Shown here: positions 57,166 through 64,000 of the stretch, in pieces
Layout of the letters: each line of letters opens with the position of its first letter
How positions within the stretch are numbered: the stretch's first letter is position 1
NCBI GenBank assembly: GCA_030587475.2
Contig: JAUQYZ020000114.1
Coordinates: 1-64,000, forward strand
From: Candidatus Sigynarchaeum calidifontis
GTDB lineage: Archaea > Asgardarchaeota > Lokiarchaeia > Sigyniarchaeales > Sigyniarchaeaceae
DNA: 64,000 bases
Reading direction: 5' to 3'
The notes under the pieces: generated by a model
Told to the model about the DNA's origin: nothing
Database searches by the model: none
The model's input: only the letters and a program-made list of their open reading frames with translations
Made by a program: the position numbers and the translations under genes

Positions 57166-57981
57166 TTAACTGCACTTGGCTACTTCGGCAGCCGTGATCT
57201 TGAGCTTGATCGTCTGGCCCTTGATCTCGATACCCTTTGAAATAGATATCGGGAATTTCTGGTCGGTCGAAAAGCCGATGGTTTCCCCGTCGTTCAGGGC
57301 CACGTCGTCGAGAATAACGTATCCGGAAAGATCCATCATCACTTGAAGCATCTGGCTTGGAGGCACGTCGCTGTCGCGCACTTCGATCTCGGGCTTGTCG
57401 AAGAACTTCATGCCCTCGGTGTATAACTGCGTGCCAGCCTCGTTCTTGTAAATGAACAGGTATACCAGGTTCATCAAGGGATAGGATCCCTCCCCCAACG
57501 CAGCATCGAGGAACTCCTTGTACATGTCCGGGCGATAGACCGTTGGCCACTGGTAAAGGCCTATGGCATCCTGGGAACTTAGTACCGCGGAGCACACGAT
57601 GGCATAGTTGGCGAACGCGTCGAGGATCGAAGCATATGGAGCTTTTTCATCGTTCTGGATCGTGATGATGACGTGTGCCTGGTGCTTACCAACCGCTTCT
57701 GGGGCTTCTGGCCAGAAATAATTGTCTTGGGCATTGTCTTGTGCCTCGTTATTCGGAACCTGGGTCGGGATGTAGGCCAGGGCGAAGTTGGACGTGATAT
57801 CGCCCGATTTCAAGCCGAATGATGCAATGTCTCTCTCGACCATGTAACCGATCATGTCGAGCTTATATTCACTCTTGGCACACCGTTCGAACTCTTTCCA
57901 ATTGACCATCTTTTCCTTGAGAAGCGCGAAGCTGACGCGAAGGCGATGAGAACTTGCCGTTTTCTCTTCTGTTTGATTCAT
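57166..57981 (-). CDS. DUF4261-domain protein
   Basis: NYFWPEA..AV..H.AH, YT.GM..F...EIE and YV......L.DGETIGF. Confidence 0.75.
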   Translation of the reverse strand: MNQTEEKTASSHRLRVSFALLKEKMVNWKEFERCAKSEYKLDMIGYMVERDIASFGLKSGDITSNFALAYIPTQVPNNEAQDNAQDNYFWPEAPEAVGKHQAHVIITIQNDEKAPYASILDAFANYAIVCSAVLSSQDAIGLYQWPTVYRPDMYKEFLDAALGEGSYPLMNLVYLFIYKNEAGTQLYTEGMKFFDKPEIEVRDSDVPPSQMLQVMMDLSGYVILDDVALNDGETIGFSTDQKFPISISKGIEIKGQTIKLKITAAEVAKCS

Positions 57982-58035
57982 ATTGTCCCTATCAATCGGT
58001 GCGATAAAAATTTTAGCCTCCCGTGTGGGATCCTT

Positions 58036-59031
58036 CTAGATCATGGCATCGTCGTAGGATATCCGGCCCATTCCCTCGCTGCCACGGAAGTCCTCGTTGA
58101 TTAAATAGAAGTAATAAATGTCTTCTATGGATAAACCGCTGGAAGAGAACGAGATGACGTCCTTGTTGTCGAGCAGCATGTCGCTGATGCGCGCGACCTC
58201 GTCCTTGGTCTGGCAGATGAACTGGACATGGGAGCCGACCGCACGCCACGGCTGGTCGAAGCTGTCCCAGTACTTCTTGTCCTTGGCGCTCCGGGGGAGG
58301 ACATCGACGTTGTACCTGTAGGGAATGGATTTCAAGATCTCGTTCACGTCGCCGAGCTTCAGCACGGATCCGCCCCGCTTGAGCATGAGGATCTTGTTGG
58401 AGAGCCGGTCGACCGTCGAGACGTCGTGGTCGATGATGATGAACGTGATGCGATCCTTGCGCTCCGATAGATAGGCGAGGAGCTTCTCCTTCCGGATAAC
58501 ATCGAGGTTCGCGGTGACCTCGTCGATCAGCATGATGTCCGGCTGCTTGATGAGCGCGATCGCGAAGCGCGTGATCGCCTTTTGACCCTCGCTGAAAACC
58601 TCGAGCAGCTCGTCGAGCATGTTCGAGATGCCAAACTCCTCGATGAATTTAAAGGCAGGCTCGGGATCCTTGCCCTGTGCCTTGGCATAGAAGTTGATCT
58701 TTGCCCTGAGAGTGAGCTTTTTTAGGAAATTGAGGGCCGGGGACACGAAGCTCAAGTGATCGAGGACCTGGCCTAATTTCTTGGTCACGTCATAGCCGTG
58801 AATGGTCACGGTGCCCGCGTCGGGCAAGTAAATGCCAGACAGGATCTTCATGAGCGTGGTCTTGCCAGAGCCGTTGGCGCCGATGATGGCCACGTGGTCT
58901 CCCTTGCGAACGCCAAAGGTCATGCCATTGATGATGGCCTCGTATTTCGGCTTCCAGAACGAACCCCCGACCTGGAACCGCTTCACGAGATCCTTGACCT
59001 CGACCACGTATTCACTCTTCGTGTTGTCCAT
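58036..59031 (-). CDS. ABC transporter ATP-binding protein
   Basis: GANGSGKT, FSEGQ signature, MLIDE, ANLD and DH. Confidence 0.9.
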   Translation of the reverse strand: MDNTKSEYVVEVKDLVKRFQVGGSFWKPKYEAIINGMTFGVRKGDHVAIIGANGSGKTTLMKILSGIYLPDAGTVTIHGYDVTKKLGQVLDHLSFVSPALNFLKKLTLRAKINFYAKAQGKDPEPAFKFIEEFGISNMLDELLEVFSEGQKAITRFAIALIKQPDIMLIDEVTANLDVIRKEKLLAYLSERKDRITFIIIDHDVSTVDRLSNKILMLKRGGSVLKLGDVNEILKSIPYRYNVDVLPRSAKDKKYWDSFDQPWRAVGSHVQFICQTKDEVARISDMLLDNKDVISFSSSGLSIEDIYYFYLINEDFRGSEGMGRISYDDAMI

Positions 59032-59046
59032 GCCTCCTTTATGGTA

Positions 59047-59976
59047 TCAATAGGCCTCGATCATGCCGAGCAGCTTGGCCTTCTTCACGAATATCCTGAT
59101 GCAGACGAGCGAGATAACGACTAACGCGGCCACGCCGATCACTTGGGATTGGATGAGGAATCCTATCCAATGCGCTGCCGTTACTTGCCAGTTGAAACCC
59201 GTTGCCGACGAGCCGTGGGCAACGGGACTGCCGACGATGAAGAGATCGCGCAAGAAATCGATGCCGGACGCAACGGGTATCGATTCCAGGATGAGGGTCG
59301 AGCCTTTCAAGCCAAAGATGGGAAAAAACATCCCTGTAGCAACTTTGAGCCCATAAATGAACACATTCGACAGCACGCCCGTTTTCTTGAACAACAGACT
59401 GAACGACGCGACCCACAACGACACGCACATCATGAACAGTGTCATGGACGCCATGATGACGAGGATCCACGGCAGCGAGACCAGGATATTGACAGCCATC
59501 CCCATGATGAAGAAAAACGGGGTCACGACCGCGGTGGCGAGGAGAAACGATGTAACGAAGGACGCCCAGAACCTGCCCATGAGGACGGCGGGGATGTCGA
59601 TGTTCTGCGTGAGCAGAAGGCCAATGGTCCCTTTTTGGGTTTCTTCAGGCAAGCATTGAACGGTATCCTCGAACGGGTGCGTAAAAATCGCCCAAAAATA
59701 CGTACCCACGAAGAGAAACTTCAAGAAGCCGTCCGTGCCATATTCTACGGGCAAAGCGCCTTCCTTGGGTTGCACGACTTCCGCGATGACCGTGAACAGG
59801 GCGAGGTTGATGGCCGTGTACAAGCTGTTCAAGAGCAGCTTGAACTTGTATTTCCAGTCGTTTCGCAAGTTACGCAGGGTCACTTGCCAGATCTTCCGGA
59901 TGAAATTGGCTGGGGCTTTGATGCGACCGTGCGATCCTTGAACTTTAGCCATGATCCCACTCGCCGGGCTCGTCAC
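59047..59976 (-). CDS. ABC-2 type permease
   Basis: 6 TM segments; EE...GT..LL and G.FFP; adjacent to the ABC ATPase. Confidence 0.85.
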   Translation of the reverse strand: MTSPASGIMAKVQGSHGRIKAPANFIRKIWQVTLRNLRNDWKYKFKLLLNSLYTAINLALFTVIAEVVQPKEGALPVEYGTDGFLKFLFVGTYFWAIFTHPFEDTVQCLPEETQKGTIGLLLTQNIDIPAVLMGRFWASFVTSFLLATAVVTPFFFIMGMAVNILVSLPWILVIMASMTLFMMCVSLWVASFSLLFKKTGVLSNVFIYGLKVATGMFFPIFGLKGSTLILESIPVASGIDFLRDLFIVGSPVAHGSSATGFNWQVTAAHWIGFLIQSQVIGVAALVVISLVCIRIFVKKAKLLGMIEAY

Positions 59977-60038
59977 GAATATCCAAGATTGATTGATCTA
60001 GAATCCGCATCGCATAAATCGTTTCCCGTCAAGTAGTC

Positions 60039-60932
60039 ATGATATTCATGTGGAGAACGAGCAACTTGCGGGTGCTCAAGAACCCCCGCCCGCTCGTCAT
60101 GGCGCATCGCGGCAACAGTGCCGACGTCCCGGAAAACACGCGAGCCGCATTCGAAGATGCAGCTCGCCTGGATGGTGTTGACGTGATCGAAACCGATGTG
60201 CATCTCACGAAAGACGGCAATCTCGTGTTTTTCCACGATCCCGTGCTCGACCGGACGACGAACGGCCGCGGTAAAGTCAAGGACAAGACCCTGGCCGAGC
60301 TAAAGGCCCTCGACGCGGGGTACTGGCACGTCGATGCGAGCGGCAATTATCCTTTCCGCGGGAAAGGGCTCACGATCCAGACCATCGACGAGATCCTCTC
60401 GGCCTTCCCGGAGCATCGCTTCAACATCGACATCAAGTCGCGTGACCCTCGTGCGCCCGCGCTGCTCGCGCGGAAGCTCGAAGCCCTTGGCGTCGAGAAC
60501 GGTCCTGGCTCGCGGGTGCTCGTCGCATCGTTTTCGGAAGACATGATCACGCGCTTCCGAGCTGCATCGTCGATCCCGACGAGCGCGAGCACGATGGAGG
60601 TCATTCGCTTCTTGCGCAAGGTGAACGGCTGGGCAAGGAAGCACGGCAAGGAGAACATTCCAAGCAACATGCCTCAAGCAGAAATTTTCGGCAAAACACT
60701 CCCATTCGTTGCCTTGCAAATTCCCGAGAAGCTTTCGATCATCAAGGTTATTGGAGGAAAATGGTTTATTGATGTCGTGCACGCGCTGGGCATTGCTGTC
60801 GAGGTGTGGACGGTCAACGAGCCCGAACAAATGCGCAAGCTGCTCGGCTGGGGCGTCGACGGCATTTTTTCCGATCGCCCGGGCGTGCTCATCTCGGTCA
60901 TGGACGAGCTATTCCCGAGAAATGCAAAATGA
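60039..60932 (+). CDS. Glycerophosphodiester phosphodiesterase
   Basis: AHRG...PENT..AF, ETDV.LTKDG..V.FHD..LDRTT, WTVN and GVDGI.SD.P. Confidence 0.92.
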   Translation: MIFMWRTSNLRVLKNPRPLVMAHRGNSADVPENTRAAFEDAARLDGVDVIETDVHLTKDGNLVFFHDPVLDRTTNGRGKVKDKTLAELKALDAGYWHVDASGNYPFRGKGLTIQTIDEILSAFPEHRFNIDIKSRDPRAPALLARKLEALGVENGPGSRVLVASFSEDMITRFRAASSIPTSASTMEVIRFLRKVNGWARKHGKENIPSNMPQAEIFGKTLPFVALQIPEKLSIIKVIGGKWFIDVVHALGIAVEVWTVNEPEQMRKLLGWGVDGIFSDRPGVLISVMDELFPRNAK

Positions 60933-60957
60933 CATGGCCGCGTGTTATTTCCGCCGG

Positions 60958-61914
60958 TTACTTCTTCTCGTAGCAGTAGTCGGAACCCTCGTCCATGCAC
61001 TCGTCACCCTCGGGCAAGTGGTTCGCGAAAACTCGCCAGACATCTTCCGGGGCGCAGAACTTCTGCTCCTCCATCAGCCGGTAGATGCTCGTCTTCCTCT
61101 CGATCTCCGGCAGCGAGCGGAACATGATGAACAGGCTCGCGCCGATCGCGAAGAACATCGTCCATTCCCACGGCGGCGTGAACTCGTTCACCGGCTTTGC
61201 AGAGAACGTCGTGAAGTCGAACAGCTGGAACACCGCGATGCCGACCACGACGTTCGCGAGCGCCCCGACGATCGGGATGATCCTGCGCGTGCCCGTCTTG
61301 AGGATCGCGTCCTTGACGATGATGATCCAGTAGATCAACCCGCCGACCACGAGGCCCCCGAAGGAGGCGACCGCTGCGGGAACGTGGATCTCGAGGGTCG
61401 CGGTGTCATTCGAGAAGATGGCGAGGGCGATGAACCCGCCGAAGCTGACGAAGTTCGCGACGAGGGCGAGCTTGGCAAGCACCCTCCCGATGGGCACGAG
61501 CCGCTTGTACACGAACTGGAAGAAAGGGATTAGCGAGAACGCGAGGTAGAGGAACGCCGCGGAAAAGAACCAGAAGCCAATTGGATTCAGTTCGTGGTTG
61601 CCCAGGTCGCTGATCGTGTTGTCGAGCAAGGAATAGCTACCCGGGAAGAGCAGCCACGAGATGACGAGCAGGCCCGCATAGATGCCCGCGATGACGGGTG
61701 ACATGCGCTGGAACATAGTCTTCTTCGGGTAGGCTCCCTCGAAGTAACGGGCCACGGTTTTCTTCACGATCGCCTCGATGCTGCCCGGTAAATCCATCGC
61801 GACCGTGTCTAGCCAGGTCCACAGGTTCGATCCCTTCCGGGTCGAGCCGTTGAACCAGCGCCAGAGCTGCCCGAGGCTCCGTCTCGCGAGCTTGAGGTCG
61901 ATCGTCTTGATCAC
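60958..61914 (-). CDS. DUF998-like membrane protein
   Basis: YS...NTISDLG, H...A...F and W.W; about 6 TM segments. Start uncertain. Confidence 0.6.
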   Translation of the reverse strand: MIKTIDLKLARRSLGQLWRWFNGSTRKGSNLWTWLDTVAMDLPGSIEAIVKKTVARYFEGAYPKKTMFQRMSPVIAGIYAGLLVISWLLFPGSYSLLDNTISDLGNHELNPIGFWFFSAAFLYLAFSLIPFFQFVYKRLVPIGRVLAKLALVANFVSFGGFIALAIFSNDTATLEIHVPAAVASFGGLVVGGLIYWIIIVKDAILKTGTRRIIPIVGALANVVVGIAVFQLFDFTTFSAKPVNEFTPPWEWTMFFAIGASLFIMFRSLPEIERKTSIYRLMEEQKFCAPEDVWRVFANHLPEGDECMDEGSDYCYEKK

Positions 61915-62059
61915 CCGGTGACTCTAGTAAAATTCTGCACGTATATTATTAACGCAACGAAAACAAATGTTTTTTCACGGGCCGAGCTGATCTCGCGCCG
62001 AACAACAAGAAATGGGCTAGGGCGCCGCGATCTGGGGTCGCTTCACGAGCAGATGGCTA

Positions 62060-62548
62060 TCATCTGGCACCATTCCGTCCCGTTCGCTCACGGATCATGC
62101 GTGCCAGCTTCTCCTCCAGGGCATCCCGCACCGACGGGTCATGGAAGGCAGCAAGTTCCTTCCTGGCCGCGTCGAGATACGTCGTGGACACGAGCGACTC
62201 TTTCTGGAGCAAGAAGTCCTCGAGCAAGTCGAATCGCCGGGCCACCTCTTGCACGGCCGGAGGGGTTGCTTCCAGGATCTTCACGATGTCCACGAGCAGC
62301 GCGAGAAAGTCGTAGGCATACCCGATGAGTGCCTTGGCACGCGTTTTGGTCTGGGGCTCTGCAAAATAGTCGATCCCTGCATAGGCTTTCAAGGCTTCAT
62401 TTATGGCACGGCTATAACCCGCCGATGCGGCGGCAAACTCGCCAGCCAGCGCGTCGTCAATCGTCCCCGTGTCCGTGTCATGCACCCTGGTGGCGAACGT
62501 GGCAAAGGCCAGTTCCTTTCCGTGCAAGTCATCGATCGCCGGTAACAT
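62060..62548 (-). CDS. Hypothetical alpha-helical protein
   Basis: 162 aa ATG-initiated ORF filling the intergenic space with normal codon usage. Confidence 0.6.
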   Translation of the reverse strand: MLPAIDDLHGKELAFATFATRVHDTDTGTIDDALAGEFAAASAGYSRAINEALKAYAGIDYFAEPQTKTRAKALIGYAYDFLALLVDIVKILEATPPAVQEVARRFDLLEDFLLQKESLVSTTYLDAARKELAAFHDPSVRDALEEKLARMIRERTGRNGAR

Positions 62549-62743
62549 TGCAAGCTGTCATTGACCACCACGCGAATATACGATTGCCTCGAGACCGCTC
62601 CCGATCGCTTTATTAGGTTACCCATGATCCTTTTCTCAAGGACACGTGTCGGAAAAAGTTGGATTTCTACCAAACAACCCCCGACATGTAAACCGAATCA
62701 TGCAATCGGAGAAGGAAAGGTATCCGATCGAAAGGTGATGTAG

Positions 62744-64000
62744 ATGGTTAGCTGGGATCAAATACCAAAGGTCGATACGCCGTGGAAAAAGTTTTACCCG
62801 GACGTAACGCCGCAAAAAATCGATTACCAAGTCATGACCACGGACGAGATGCTCCGGAACAGCGCGAAACGGTTTCCGAACTCGTTCGCCACGTATTTCG
62901 AGGGCAGTAAAATCACCTACGCCCAGCTCGACGAGCTGGCGACTCGATTTGCCGCGGGGCTGCAAGGGATGGGCATCAAGCCCGGCGATGTCGTGCTCGT
63001 GGACATGCCGAACATCCCCCAGTTCGTGATCGCGTATTTCGGGATCGTGCGGGCAGGCGCCATTGCCAATCCCATCATCCCGCTGCAGAAATACGCGGAG
63101 ATCGTCCACCAGGCCAACGATTCAAAAGCCAAGATGCTCGTGATTCTCGATTCCTTGTACGAGGAATACTTGCACGGCAAGGACCTCTCGGCGATGAAAA
63201 CCTTGGAGACGGTCGTCTTGACCGGCCTTGCAGAGTACTTGTCCAAGATCAAGGGCATCCTCGGCACCGCGCTCGGCAAGATCCCGCGCATGAAGGTCTG
63301 GCCGGAGAAAGTCGGTAACATCGGGTTCCGCAAGTTCCAGGATGTCCTCGCTTCGGGCGCCGGAAAAGCGGTCACCGACCCGAAACTCGACCCGCGCACC
63401 GCGATCGCGTGCTTGATTTACACGGGCGGGACGACGGGAACGCCAAAAGGCGTGCAAATGACCCATTTTAACCTCGTGGCAAACTGCCAGCAAGGATACA
63501 ACCTCGCGGTCACGCAACTCGATGGCATCAGGGCCACGGAAGGAAATGGTGGCATGGTCGCCGTGCTTCCCCTCGCGCACTCGTTCGGGCTCACGGTCGC
63601 CATGCACATCGGCATCATGAACGGATACACGCTGATCTTGTTCCCCCGCCCACCAGCCAAGATTTCACTATTGCTCAAGGTCGCGGCGGAGCAGAACGCG
63701 GTTTTCTGCCCCGGGGTGCCGACCTTGTGGAACAAGCTCAACCAGGATCCAGACTCGCCCAAGTACGCTGCCAAGCTCAAGCAGTTCAAGGGTTGCTTGT
63801 CCGGCGCGGCGGCGCTCCCCTTCGACGTGAAGGAAAAATTCGAGAAGATGACGGGCTCCCTCATCACCGAGGGTTACGGCATGAGCGAGACGGGCCCCAT
63901 CCTCACGACGAATCCCTTCAAGCGCCCGCGACCGAACTCGGTCGGTGTCCCGCTGGCGGACACGTGGATCAAGATCGTGGATATCGAGAAGGGCGACACG
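62744..64000 (+). CDS. Long-chain acyl-CoA ligase (partial, runs off the window end)
   Basis: Not in the ORF track because it has no stop. ATG at 62744 after a GGTGA SD; MVSWDQ...PWKKFYP, YTGGTTGTPKG, LPL.H.FG, SGAA.L and EGYGMSE. Confidence 0.9.
   Translation, partial: MVSWDQIPKVDTPWKKFYPDVTPQKIDYQVMTTDEMLRNSAKRFPNSFATYFEGSKITYAQLDELATRFAAGLQGMGIKPGDVVLVDMPNIPQFVIAYFGIVRAGAIANPIIPLQKYAEIVHQANDSKAKMLVILDSLYEEYLHGKDLSAMKTLETVVLTGLAEYLSKIKGILGTALGKIPRMKVWPEKVGNIGFRKFQDVLASGAGKAVTDPKLDPRTAIACLIYTGGTTGTPKGVQMTHFNLVANCQQGYNLAVTQLDGIRATEGNGGMVAVLPLAHSFGLTVAMHIGIMNGYTLILFPRPPAKISLLLKVAAEQNAVFCPGVPTLWNKLNQDPDSPKYAAKLKQFKGCLSGAAALPFDVKEKFEKMTGSLITEGYGMSETGPILTTNPFKRPRPNSVGVPLADTWIKIVDIEKGDT

Noticed and set aside
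57041-57595. N-terminal extension of the HEAT-repeat ORF
   Set aside because: It overlaps the DUF4261 gene in another frame and has a non-protein-like composition.
1038-63408. At least 14 copies of GCGATCGC (the cyanobacterial HIP1 octamer) spotted by eye
   Set aside because: Twelve of the 14 are in-frame Ala-Ile-Ala codons (GCG ATC GCN) and the sequence is generally rich in CGA/TCG. Codon usage explains it unless a Markov-model test shows excess.

Overview
Gene-dense, moderately GC-rich archaeal chromosomal window with about 50 CDS. I found no rRNA, tRNA, CRISPR array or transposase. The gene content points to an Asgard archaeon, probably Lokiarchaeia-like (inference): archaeal ether-lipid genes (GGGP and DGGGP synthases), an archaeosortase, roadblock- and longin-like small proteins, a PCI-like winged-helix C-terminus, several C-terminal zinc ribbons and a RadA with a Rad51-like Walker A. 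Housekeeping and metabolic content: flavodoxin, transaldolase-family enzyme, MmsA-type ALDH, GH2 glucuronidase, two acyl-CoA ligases, phosphohexomutase, Fe-ADH, nitroreductase, ABC-2 transporter, GDPD and a radA-mutS-ORF-mutL repair cluster. Best candidates for undescribed systems: (1) a tightly coupled operon at 19647-23032 encoding a vWA protein with an N-terminal Gly, a divergent thymidylate-synthase-like protein, an orphan QueC-like PP-loop enzyme and a truncated pyruvate-kinase-like barrel, divergent from a partly low-GC TPR/zinc-ribbon gene that abuts a decayed M14 peptidase; this may be a nucleotide or protein modification or defence module; (2) a tandem pair of paralogous dCache-HAMP receptors at 4774-9019, one ending in TPR-vWA instead of a kinase or MCP output and one with no output domain. 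All family calls come from motif recognition by eye; no searches were run.
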